Both the position numbers and the translations under genes were made by a program. The notes beneath the pieces are model-generated. The model did not search any database. It saw only the letters and a program-made list of their open reading frames with translations, and was not told the DNA's origin. From assembly GCA_964499705.1 (NCBI GenBank), contig CAZCME010000006.1, positions 186,001-237,579 on the forward strand: a DNA stretch of 51,579 nucleotides, read 5' to 3'. The stretch is from an uncultured bacterium (GTDB taxonomy: Bacteria > UBA8481). This document shows, piece by piece, positions 19,313 to 28,092 of this stretch (positions are counted from its first letter, which is position 1; each line of letters begins with the position of its first letter).

Positions 19313-20530
19313 TTACCGTCTTCCTCGTCCCAGGAGCCTTCGCCGGATGGGCTTCTTGTAATCGGGGCGGGTTGTCTCGACGAGAAAACGGCATATCTTC
19401 GGCTCGAATCCAGGCACTTCCCTGCGCGGAATCGTTATACCCGTCTCCTTCTCGATGGACTTGACCACGTCCCAGTCCTCCACGGATACTAGCGAAACGG
19501 CATCGCCGTGAGCCGAAGCGCGGGCCGTGCGACCGATGCGATGAATATAATCCTCCACGTTGTCCGGCATGTCGTAGTTGATCACGTGGGAAATCGCCTC
19601 GATATCCAGACCTCGCGAGGCCACGTCGGTCGCGATGAGAATATTGGACCGCCGTTCCTTGAAGGCATCCAGCGCCGCTATCCTCGCCTTCTGATGCTTG
19701 TCGCCATGAATCACCTCGACCACCATGCCGGCCTGCTCGATGAGCGTTCCGAGCTTTTCCGCGTTCCGCTTTGTCCGCGTGAAGACGAGAACCTGTTCCA
19801 TCGTCTCCCCCTTCAGGAGATGCACCAAGAGGTCGTTCTTGCTACCCGGATCGACAGGATGGATGACCTGACGGACTTTCTCGACCGGCGTGGAGGAAGG
19901 CGCCACTTCCACGCGGACGGGATCGCGCATGAAATCGTTGGCCAGCCGCAGGATCTCGGGAGGAAGCGTGGCGGAAAAGAGAAGCGTCTGCCGTTCGCGC
20001 GCCAAGAGGCGCATGATGTGCCGGACATCGGGAATGAATCCCATATCAAGCATGCGATCGGCTTCGTCGAGTATCAGGATCTTGACGCTGGAAAGCTGCA
20101 GCACCCTCTGATGGTGAAGATCGAGCAGTCGGCCCGGAGTCGCGATGACGACATCGCATCCCTTCTTGATCGCCTTGATCTGCGGGCTCATCGGCATGCC
20201 ACCCACGATCACCGTGGACCGAAGTTTCGTGTTTCGGCCGTAGTTCTCCAGAAATTCCTGCACCTGGATGGCCAATTCGCGCGTGGGAGCAAGCACCAGC
20301 GCACGAGGATCGTGCTGAAACGTCTCATTTTTCAGCCGTTCCAGGACAGGCAGGCTGTAGGCGGCCGTCTTGCCCGTGCCGGTCTGCGCGCATCCGATCA
20401 CGTCTTTCCCCTCCAGCGCGGGCGGGATGGCTCCGATCTGGATCGGTGTCGGAGTCACGTAGCCATCTTCTGCCAGGGAAGAAAGAATCACGGAGGACAG
20501 GCCAAGAGCGTCAAATTGCGGTGTCATCAT
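19313..20530 (-). CDS. DEAD-box RNA helicase (RhlE-like)
   Basis: Q motif PTPIQ, AQTGTGKT, PTRELA, TPGRL, DEAD, SAT, RGLD, HRIGRT; start moved to MMTPQF. Confidence 0.95.
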   Translation of the reverse strand: MMTPQFDALGLSSVILSSLAEDGYVTPTPIQIGAIPPALEGKDVIGCAQTGTGKTAAYSLPVLERLKNETFQHDPRALVLAPTRELAIQVQEFLENYGRNTKLRSTVIVGGMPMSPQIKAIKKGCDVVIATPGRLLDLHHQRVLQLSSVKILILDEADRMLDMGFIPDVRHIMRLLARERQTLLFSATLPPEILRLANDFMRDPVRVEVAPSSTPVEKVRQVIHPVDPGSKNDLLVHLLKGETMEQVLVFTRTKRNAEKLGTLIEQAGMVVEVIHGDKHQKARIAALDAFKERRSNILIATDVASRGLDIEAISHVINYDMPDNVEDYIHRIGRTARASAHGDAVSLVSVEDWDVVKSIEKETGITIPRREVPGFEPKICRFLVETTRPDYKKPIRRRLLGRGRR

Positions 20531-20774
20531 CGAATCATCAGGGTGAGTAGAGAACCACGTTCCCGGTCCGTAGTCAATGCGAAACTGCTCGGCATCGCTT
20601 GGAAAAGAAGAAATCGTCCTGGCGCGGCAGAACGCGATCCGCCCTTCACGACAACTTCCATCAGGCATATTGAGCTTCGCGATCCAATCGCATACACTGG
20701 GATCATGATCCGCGGGGACGTCCAATCTCTTTTCCATCGCTGCATCCCTCGCGCGCTGCTCACTCGAGAGGCTC

Positions 20775-21761
20775 ATGCGTAAAATCTTTCGGTCCCCTTT
20801 CACGCGCATGGCCATTGTCCTGTTGCTGACAGCGGGAATTCTCTTCCTGATCCTTCAAAAGCGGGATCTCGCTCCCGGCCAGACCGCGACAGAACAGGCC
20901 GCGGTGCCCGAAGAAGGCGATGTCCAGGTTTCCGCGCCGCCGGACGGCGTAAGGGAGCTCGACTTCGGTCCCGCGCGATTGGTCCTCGATACCGGCGCGG
21001 AGATCCGCCTGACCAGTCCGAAGGTGACGATCGACAGCGAAGTCGTGCTCTTGAAAGGAAGGCTGACAGCCACAGTCCGTCCCCTGCAACGCGGCGAATC
21101 CTTCAAGGTAAGAACATTCAATATCACCGCGGGGGTGCGCGGAACGAAATTCACGGTCGCGATCATCGGCGGCATCGTCACGATCGTCCATGTGATCGAA
21201 GGCAGCGTCTGGATCGAAGCCGCGACCGGGAATCCCATCATGCTCTCCCCGGGCCAATCCGCTCATGCTCACGGCATGTCGGATCCGGAGATTATCGATT
21301 CCAGGGAGAAGAGCGACGCGAGCAACGACCTTTCCGCCCTCCTCGACAAGCCCGTCCTTCCGGATCCTAACACGGCTTCATCAACGTCCAGCACGGCCGG
21401 CGACATCCTGCAGGGCTCGGGTACCTGGAACAACTCGCTTGGATTCTCCGGTCCCATAACGCTCTCGATCGATCTGAAGATGGGCACATACACGGGACAG
21501 TTCCGAGGCGAAAACAAGACCGCCGGCGCGGCGACGGATCGGGCCGTAACGCTGGATGGCCGCTGCGGCGGCACGTTCAAGGGCACGCGATCATCCGGAA
21601 CGCTCGACGGCTGGGTCGAATTCTCCGGTACGGACGCCAAGACCGGGTTGCGCACGCCGGGCCTGCGGGGTCAGGCCAGCGGCTCCTTGAACGCGGGAAC
21701 CATCACGGGTACTTTCCAGGGCGCTCAGCAAAAAGGGGAATTCAAGCTGAACCTGAAATAG
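20775..21761 (+). CDS. FecR-domain membrane-anchored protein
   Basis: TM anchor; FKVRTFNITAGVRGTKFTV..VIEGSV FecR signature; Gly/Thr-rich beta C-terminal domain. Confidence 0.8.
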   Translation: MRKIFRSPFTRMAIVLLLTAGILFLILQKRDLAPGQTATEQAAVPEEGDVQVSAPPDGVRELDFGPARLVLDTGAEIRLTSPKVTIDSEVVLLKGRLTATVRPLQRGESFKVRTFNITAGVRGTKFTVAIIGGIVTIVHVIEGSVWIEAATGNPIMLSPGQSAHAHGMSDPEIIDSREKSDASNDLSALLDKPVLPDPNTASSTSSTAGDILQGSGTWNNSLGFSGPITLSIDLKMGTYTGQFRGENKTAGAATDRAVTLDGRCGGTFKGTRSSGTLDGWVEFSGTDAKTGLRTPGLRGQASGSLNAGTITGTFQGAQQKGEFKLNLK

Positions 21762-21842
21762 AGGTCCATGCTTTATTATGTTTTGTCCGCCGTCGCGTGC
21801 ACGGGAAATCCACAGGCAATGGAAGACGGGATCGAACTTTTC

Positions 21843-21871
21843 TTTACCTCGGCATCCATTTTCCATACGAT
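21843..21871 (+). promoter_or_regulatory. Sigma70-type promoter of the histone gene
   Basis: TTTACC(21843)-17 bp-TACGAT(21866); SD AAGGA at 21891. Confidence 0.6.
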
Positions 21872-21903
21872 CTTTTCAATATCACCACGAAAGGAATCGG
21901 ATC

Positions 21904-22179
21904 ATGGCAGATGTAAGCGCAAGCGCAGCGAAGGATCATGTGTTAAAGGGAGCGGGCGACGTCGACAGGATGAGCAAGGACGCAGTGAACCTGGCTCGGG
22001 AGATGGCGCATTTGTATCTCGAAAAGCTCGGAGCCGCCGCGGCGGACGCGGCCAAGCAGGCGGGTCGGAAGACCATCATGCCGCCGGATCTGCACGCCGG
22101 CCAGCGGACGATGATGGGTGGAGCGGCATCGACGCCCGCATCCAGCCCCGCATCGGGAGAATCCCCCTCGGTCATGTAG
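21904..22179 (+). CDS. Histone-fold protein (archaeal HMf-like), 91 aa, with a C-terminal Ser/Pro/Ala tail
   Basis: MADVSASAAKDHVLKGAGDVDRMSKDA...AAKQAGRKTIMPPDL aligns by eye to HMfB (..KDAGAERVSDDA..LARHAGRKTIKAEDI); SD and ATG at 21904. Confidence 0.88.
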   Translation: MADVSASAAKDHVLKGAGDVDRMSKDAVNLAREMAHLYLEKLGAAAADAAKQAGRKTIMPPDLHAGQRTMMGGAASTPASSPASGESPSVM

Positions 22180-22187
22180 CCCACATT

Positions 22188-22211
22188 CCTTGCCGGCGTC
22201 AGCCGGCAAGG
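22188..22211. terminator. GC-rich hairpin between the convergent histone and glpE genes
   Basis: ccttgccggc-gtca-gccggcaagg, perfect 10-bp stem; no clear U-tract. Confidence 0.5.
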
Positions 22212-22510
22212 TACCGGCTGCGCCACTCCTCGAATCCGCCGTTCATGCTCGACACCTGCTCGAACCCCTGTTCGGCCAGCCAGGCCGCCGCATTCCGGCT
22301 CGAGTTGCCGTGATAACAATACACGAGCACGGGTTTTTGCCTGTCCGTATGCCGCAGGAACTCCTCGACCGTGGCGTCGTTCAAATGAACGGCGCCATCG
22401 ATGTGCGCCTCTTCGTAGGATCCCGGATCCCGGATATCCACAATGGTGCAGGTTCCCGCTTCGATCGCCTTCTTCGCATCCTCGATTTCGACCTGGTTGA
22501 ATGTTCCCAT
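22199..22510 (-). CDS. glpE: Thiosulfate sulfurtransferase (rhodanese)
   Basis: VDIRD..HIDGA..YCYHGNSS..AAWLAEQGF..SMNGGFEEW. Confidence 0.93.
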   Translation of the reverse strand: MGTFNQVEIEDAKKAIEAGTCTIVDIRDPGSYEEAHIDGAVHLNDATVEEFLRHTDRQKPVLVYCYHGNSSRNAAAWLAEQGFEQVSSMNGGFEEWRSRYLAG

Positions 22511-22524
22511 GATGTTCTCCTTTC

Positions 22525-23013
22525 CTAGAGTGGCAGCGGTCTGCCGTACTCGATCTTATCCGTGAGTCGTTCGAATGAATTGTGAATCACACTTTTCAGT
22601 TTGAGATACACGAAAAGCAGAACGTCGAGCGTGCAGGTTTCGCCCTCCCGTTCCCAGGTCACATGGATTCGATTCGCCACATGAAGATAGGAGCCCTCCC
22701 GCCATTGTTTCAGGGACATGGCAGCGTATGCTCCGAGCCCCAGCGCCGTCCTTACCGGATCGAATTCACCTGTCGCGCGGAGCCGGCGGATCAAGTGGTC
22801 GAGGATGAGGAGCCCTTCCCGGCCCGGAGGCGGCAAGTCCATGGCCCTGGCCGTCTCCAACGCTTCCCGTTCGATCCGATCCGCGTCCCACCGCGCCGAT
22901 TCCGCCTCCCACACGGCCTTTTCATCGCGAACTGATTTCGCCCAGTTGCGCAGGAAGAGGGCGAAAAGGAGCAGGAACGCCAATAAAAAAGCAAGGAGAA
23001 GGTTCTCGGCCAC
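22525..23013 (-). CDS. Hypothetical membrane-anchored protein
   Basis: GTG start, strongly hydrophobic N-terminal helix; 14 nt upstream of glpE. Confidence 0.6.
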   Translation of the reverse strand: MAENLLLAFLLAFLLLFALFLRNWAKSVRDEKAVWEAESARWDADRIEREALETARAMDLPPPGREGLLILDHLIRRLRATGEFDPVRTALGLGAYAAMSLKQWREGSYLHVANRIHVTWEREGETCTLDVLLFVYLKLKSVIHNSFERLTDKIEYGRPLPL

Positions 23014-23111
23014 GCCGCCAGATTACAGGAAAAGCATCCCCGATTGAATCCTCCTTGCTGACTTTCGCCGCCAGCCTTGACATACTGCTCAGGATTCGAT
23101 TCTCTACTCCC

Positions 23112-23747
23112 ATGGGGCTTCCTGACGGCCATTCCAGTTCAAATACACCGCGCCCTCCCGCCACGGGTCTGCGGATGCCTGCCGGCGTTACGGGATTCCA
23201 AACCGGGGTCCGCTCCAAGGAAACAATCTACGACTATTCCAAGGTCTTCGCCCGGTTCGGCAATCTCGTCACTCTCCTCTGTATACTGACCGTCGGTGGA
23301 CTTCACCTGTGGACGGAATATGTCCATCGCGAGCGGGAATCGGACTACAACGCCGCGTCCCTGGAACGCGCTTCCCTCCAGTCGCAGCTCGCGGCATTTG
23401 AGATGGAACGCAACAGGGGGGACGAAGCCGCTCGCACTCTCGGACCGCTTGGTCTCGGCATTCCGCCGGTGGCGCCATCCGTCATCCTTGAATCCTTGCG
23501 AGATCGCTTGACGGGACTGGGATTGGTCATGGTCTCCTATGTCCCCGCCTCGGACAATTCAGGGAAATCCACGATCAACATGGAGGTCACCGCTTCCTCG
23601 AGTATCGCCCTGGCTCAGGCGGTTGCCCGACTCGGCGAGAGCCCGTTCCGGAATCCCACGGTTTCCACCATGGAAGATGGGCCCGGAGGCCTGACTGCAC
23701 GTATCACGCTGGAAATCTCAGGGATCTCGGAAACTACGGGATCATGA
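23112..23747 (+). CDS. PilN/GspL-like bitopic membrane protein
   Basis: TM helix, coiled coil, then ferredoxin-like periplasmic pattern (..LGESPFRNPTV..ARITLEI); TTGACA at 23077; context. Confidence 0.55.
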   Translation: MGLPDGHSSSNTPRPPATGLRMPAGVTGFQTGVRSKETIYDYSKVFARFGNLVTLLCILTVGGLHLWTEYVHRERESDYNAASLERASLQSQLAAFEMERNRGDEAARTLGPLGLGIPPVAPSVILESLRDRLTGLGLVMVSYVPASDNSGKSTINMEVTASSSIALAQAVARLGESPFRNPTVSTMEDGPGGLTARITLEISGISETTGS

Positions 23748-24586
23748 AGCGGCCCGGCCTTGTACTTCTTCTGCTGCTCACCACATTCGCGTATTATCGA
23801 TGGTACCATCTTCCTGAAGCGAGCGCACTGCAGGCCAAGGCGGTCGAAACAACGGCCATGAAAGACGAACTCAACCGACTGCGGGCATCCATCGCTTCCA
23901 CAAAGCATGAGGGTTCCCCGGGACAACCAATGGATCTTCCGGAGCCGCGCCATCCCTCATTCATGATTTCGCGACTTGCGACGTCCGCGGCTCCCGCGCT
24001 ACCCGCTTCCGCCCGGCTCACAACCATATCGACATCGGGAACGAGGGATGTCGGCGGGCTCACGTGCGAGGACATGAACCTGGCCGGCAGCGGGCGGCTC
24101 GACGAGATCATCGCGTTTTTTCGGAATGTCGAGTCCATCCGGCCTCAAATCGGCATCCGTTCGTGGTCTCTGTCCGTCTCCAGCCCAACCGGCGACAGGC
24201 GTGCCGGAGACAGATCCGTGTGGAACGCATATCAGATGCAAATCTCCTATATCAAGAGCGGGTCCACTCTTGCGGGCGATACTTGGTCAGCCACAACCAT
24301 CCCTTCGACGGTGACCGCGTTAAATGCCGCGCCGGTCGCAGATGCACGACCGTCCCGGACGAAACGCGTCACACCGCCGGCGGTAACGCTGGAGGCACTT
24401 CCCGGCTCCGGAGCCCGCATCGAAGGAATCCTCATGAACAGCCAGGGGCCGTCCGCGATGATCGGCGGACGGCTGGTGCGGCAGGGAGCCATGGTCGATG
24501 GTCTCAAGTTCATGGGCGTCGAGAATCACCTGGCGAAATTTCGCGGAGAAGGCGGCAGAATGATACTCATAGCGTGGGCAAGATGA
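23744..24586 (+). CDS. PilO/GspM-like protein with a C-terminal PilP/GspC-like domain
   Basis: TM, coiled coil, SGRLDEIIAFFRNVE (PilO-like), then RIEGILM..SAMIGGRLVRQGAMVDG (PilP/GspC-like). Confidence 0.6.
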   Translation: MKRPGLVLLLLLTTFAYYRWYHLPEASALQAKAVETTAMKDELNRLRASIASTKHEGSPGQPMDLPEPRHPSFMISRLATSAAPALPASARLTTISTSGTRDVGGLTCEDMNLAGSGRLDEIIAFFRNVESIRPQIGIRSWSLSVSSPTGDRRAGDRSVWNAYQMQISYIKSGSTLAGDTWSATTIPSTVTALNAAPVADARPSRTKRVTPPAVTLEALPGSGARIEGILMNSQGPSAMIGGRLVRQGAMVDGLKFMGVENHLAKFRGEGGRMILIAWAR

Positions 24587-25653
24587 TGCGCTGTTTCGTG
24601 GCGCGCGACGGCGCTGCTTCATCCCGGCCTGCATCGATCCTCGTCTCGACGATGGCCCTTGTTTTGCTCTTTCAAGCAGGAATCTCATCGGCGGCCACCG
24701 GACTCCGCGCCATCCGGCTCGAAGCCGTCGAAACATCCGTCGATTCCGGTGCCGTTCTCGTGCGCCTGCGCGCGGACGGCCCGATCGCGCCGCGGATCCA
24801 TTGGCTCCCTCAAACAGGTCGCATGCTTCTTGTGATGGACCTGCCCGGTATCGACGTCAGGAACGTGAAGCTCGCTTCGCCGTTCCAGGCACCGATTCTC
24901 CACATGGGTCTTTCGCAATGGCGGACGCAGCCGCTCACCGGACGGTTGGCAGTGCATCTGCCCGCGAAGCGGGCTTGGACCATCGATACGACCGGTCACG
25001 ATGCGGTCATCACGATCCTGGATGAGATTCCTCCCGAAGCGAGCCAGGCGACCAATCCCCGCATGAAGCCCGCTCCAAGACCCGGTCGTCCCTTGCGCGG
25101 CGAGACGAGGACGACCGCCGCGAAGTCGATTCCGCCGGCGGCGCCCGCCGTCATCCCGGTTGCCGCTGTCGCTTCTCCCGCGCCCCCGTCCGACTCGCAC
25201 CCTTCCGTCGACAAGCGCCTCGTCACGCTGCTCTTTCGCGAAGCGGAACTGACCAATGTGCTCCGCGTCATCGGGGAGCAGAATCACCTGAACCTCATTC
25301 TCCCGCCGGATGTGCATGGTACCGTCACGGTCTTTCTCGAAGGAATTCCCGTCGAAGAAGCGCTCCGGAAGATCCTCTTCGTTCACGGATACGGATACGT
25401 AATGCAGGACGACGTGCTGCTGATCGTTCCGGGAGTGAACGACCAGGGGAATTATTCCATTTACCGGCCCGGCGCTCCGGCCGCCGCGATCTGCCAGACG
25501 CTCGAAAAGCTCGTGCCGCTTCCGGGCAAGGTCTTCTTCGACGGAGCGACGAACTCCATCATTCTTTACGCTCCCCAGCCGGGCATGAAGCCGGTCTTCG
25601 AATCGATTTACCAGGGGCTCCTGGCCGCTCATACGACTCCAAGCGGGAACTGA
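24583..25653 (+). CDS. PilQ-like N-terminal protein (AMIN-like + STN/N0 + N1-like) lacking the secretin domain
   Basis: Signal peptide; LVTLLFREAELTNVLRVIGEQNHLNLIL..VHGTVTVFLEGIPVEEALRKIL; KVFFDGATNSIIL; stops before any barrel. Confidence 0.7.
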   Translation: MMRCFVARDGAASSRPASILVSTMALVLLFQAGISSAATGLRAIRLEAVETSVDSGAVLVRLRADGPIAPRIHWLPQTGRMLLVMDLPGIDVRNVKLASPFQAPILHMGLSQWRTQPLTGRLAVHLPAKRAWTIDTTGHDAVITILDEIPPEASQATNPRMKPAPRPGRPLRGETRTTAAKSIPPAAPAVIPVAAVASPAPPSDSHPSVDKRLVTLLFREAELTNVLRVIGEQNHLNLILPPDVHGTVTVFLEGIPVEEALRKILFVHGYGYVMQDDVLLIVPGVNDQGNYSIYRPGAPAAAICQTLEKLVPLPGKVFFDGATNSIILYAPQPGMKPVFESIYQGLLAAHTTPSGN

Positions 25654-28092
25654 TTGGACCAGGATGCCAAGGCCGGATTTCTCCGGCAGGTCGCGTTCTT
25701 TCGCGACTTCGAGCATAGCGCGATAGATCATCTCGCCGCCGCGGCTCTCTTGACGACGTTCGACGCGGGACAGGCGATCATCAAGGAAGGCGACATCGAC
25801 TCCCGCCTCTTCATCCTCGTCTCCGGCCACGTCGGCATCTACCGCATGGGCGCAGACGGCGCGGAAAATGTCATCACCTACTTCAATCCTCCGCACGTCG
25901 TCGGCGAATTTTCCCTCTTCGATGACGCGCCGCGTTCCGCGTCGGTCAAGGCGCTCGATCGCGCCGAGGCGCTCGTCGTGCGCAAGGAAGATCTGATGGA
26001 AGTGATCCTGAAGCATCCCCAGTCGACCTTGGGAATCTTCCGGGCGCTGACGCGGCACATCCGGGAATCGACCGACATCATCAACGCGATGATGTCGCAG
26101 CAGGGAGAATCCGGCGCCCAGAGTCCGCTGGTCGTGGGCGGACTAGGAGCAGGCCGGGTGCAGTCGGCGGAATGGAGCCGTGCGGAAGACGAGGCGTTCG
26201 GCGTCTACCTCGTGTCGGAAGGGCTTCTCGAGCGGCCGCAGATGATCGTCGCGATGAACCGCGCGCTCGACGCGGGCTCGCCGCTGCCGCAGGTCCTCAT
26301 CCGGATGAAGATGATCGATTCCGTCGCGCTCTCCGCCGCGGAGAGCCGATTTCTTCGGATGAAGAAGGCGCGCGCGGGAGATCCATCGGTATTGCTGGAG
26401 CGATTGGAGAAGGCAGGATTTCTCGTTCCGCGCCGCGCCGAGGAACTGCGCGCCGCGAAGGTCGATTCGATCATCGACACGCTGAAGGCGGAGCTCTCCA
26501 TCACGGATGAGGACGTCCTGAACATCATGGACCTGCGGGACATGTCCTTCGCGCGCGTGAACGAGGATGCTCTGCACGCCGACGCCGTGAAGCTGATTCC
26601 CGCCGCGCTCGCGGACGAGCACCGCATCATTCCGCTGCAGAAGATCGGCAACACGCTCTGCCTCGGCATGATCTCCCCGTCCGACGCCTACGCCCGGGAA
26701 ATGGCCTTCCTCGCGACGGGCCTCACGATCGAGCCGTGCCTGCTGATTCGCTCCAACTTCAAGGAACTGCGCGAGGCGATGCGCCGGATGACGGAGGACA
26801 AGGGGCGGAGCACGTCGCGGTCGCGCGCCAGCATCGAGATCCTCCGGGATCTCGCGGGACTTGTGACGCGGCAGGAGGTGGGCGGATCGCAGGCGATACC
26901 GCTCTTGGAAGGCATCCTGCGTTCCGCGATCCGCACCCGCGCCTCGGACATTCACATCGAGCCGCAGGAAGGAAACACGCGCGTGCGATTCCGGATCGAC
27001 GGCATCCTGAACGACATGCTGACGCTGCCGGCCGAGACGCATGTCCGCGTCGTCAGTTCCCTGAAGGCCGCATCGGAGATGGACATCGCGAACCGGCTCG
27101 TGCCGCAGGACGGCAAGACCGTCTATGACAGCGCGGAGGGCAAGTACATGATCCGCGTGTCCACGCTGCCGACGGCGCTCGGAGAAAAAGTCGTGATGCG
27201 TCTGCACAAGGAATCCGACGTGACGCTGGGGTTGAGGGACCTCGGCCTGACGGAGAAGCAGCATGGCCTTTTGACGCGCCTCTCGAAATCACCCTACGGC
27301 ATGGTGCTCGTCACCGGTCCCGTCGGATCGGGCAAGACCACGACGCTGTACTCGATCCTCCATTCGATCGACGTTCTCCGCAACAACATCGTGACGATCG
27401 AGGATCCGATCGAATACGAGCTGCCGGGCCTCAATCACGTCGCGGTCAATCCGAAGGCGGGGCTGACCTACGTCGCGGGACTGCGGTCGATCCTGCGGCA
27501 GGATCCGGATGTCATCATGCTCGGGGAGATCCGCGACAAGGAGACGGGCCAGATCGCGGTCCGCGCGGCCTGCACCGGCGTCCTGATGCTGACGACCCTT
27601 CATACGAATGACGCGCCGTCGGCGGTCACGGCGTTGCTGCACATGGGCGTCGAGCCGTTCTTCATCGTGAATGCGCTGCTGGGCGTCGTGGCTCAACGGC
27701 TGGTGCGCGTCGTCTGCGGCGAGTGCGCGGAGACGTACCAGCCCGACACGGCGCTGATCGCGCAGATGGGACTGGACCCGTCCAAGGAATATCACTTCAA
27801 GCGCCCGGTCGGATGCCCGACCTGCGGACACTCGGGATACCGCGGCCGGATCGGAATCTTCGAGATCATGATGATGACGCCGAAGCTGCGGGACCTCGTG
27901 CTGAAGGAAGCGCCCGAATCGGAGATTCGTGCCGTCGCGATGGAGGAAGGCATGATCTCCCTGCGGCGGTCGGCCGTCATCAAGGTCGTGGAAGGCGTTT
28001 CGACCGTCGAAGAACTTCTGCGAAAGACGGCGGAGGTCGAGGAGAGCGTGAGCCTCGATAAGGAAAGCTCAGGGCTTCCGCAGAAGAAATAG
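25654..28092 (+). CDS. PilB/GspE-family assembly ATPase with an N-terminal cyclic-nucleotide-binding domain
   Basis: N-terminal IIKEGD..LFILVSGHV..VGEFSLFDDAPRSASVKA; ASDIHIEP, PQDG, GPVGSGKTT, TIEDPIE, LRQDPDVIMLGEIRD, TLHTND, CGEC/CPTC. Confidence 0.92.
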   Translation: MDQDAKAGFLRQVAFFRDFEHSAIDHLAAAALLTTFDAGQAIIKEGDIDSRLFILVSGHVGIYRMGADGAENVITYFNPPHVVGEFSLFDDAPRSASVKALDRAEALVVRKEDLMEVILKHPQSTLGIFRALTRHIRESTDIINAMMSQQGESGAQSPLVVGGLGAGRVQSAEWSRAEDEAFGVYLVSEGLLERPQMIVAMNRALDAGSPLPQVLIRMKMIDSVALSAAESRFLRMKKARAGDPSVLLERLEKAGFLVPRRAEELRAAKVDSIIDTLKAELSITDEDVLNIMDLRDMSFARVNEDALHADAVKLIPAALADEHRIIPLQKIGNTLCLGMISPSDAYAREMAFLATGLTIEPCLLIRSNFKELREAMRRMTEDKGRSTSRSRASIEILRDLAGLVTRQEVGGSQAIPLLEGILRSAIRTRASDIHIEPQEGNTRVRFRIDGILNDMLTLPAETHVRVVSSLKAASEMDIANRLVPQDGKTVYDSAEGKYMIRVSTLPTALGEKVVMRLHKESDVTLGLRDLGLTEKQHGLLTRLSKSPYGMVLVTGPVGSGKTTTLYSILHSIDVLRNNIVTIEDPIEYELPGLNHVAVNPKAGLTYVAGLRSILRQDPDVIMLGEIRDKETGQIAVRAACTGVLMLTTLHTNDAPSAVTALLHMGVEPFFIVNALLGVVAQRLVRVVCGECAETYQPDTALIAQMGLDPSKEYHFKRPVGCPTCGHSGYRGRIGIFEIMMMTPKLRDLVLKEAPESEIRAVAMEEGMISLRRSAVIKVVEGVSTVEELLRKTAEVEESVSLDKESSGLPQKK

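Noticed and set aside
20531-20815. N-terminal extension of the DEAD-box helicase, or a riboswitch in this spacer
   Set aside because: Homology begins at MTPQFDALGL, the extension overlaps the divergent FecR gene, and no known RNA motif was recognised
21778-21903. N-terminal 42 aa of the listed ORF as a histone N-terminal tail
   Set aside because: The region contains the promoter and SD for ATG 21904, so it is most likely untranslated
24064-24582. First 173 aa of the listed 529-aa ORF
   Set aside because: Overlaps the PilO-like gene in another frame; the signal peptide and ATGA coupling indicate a start at 24583
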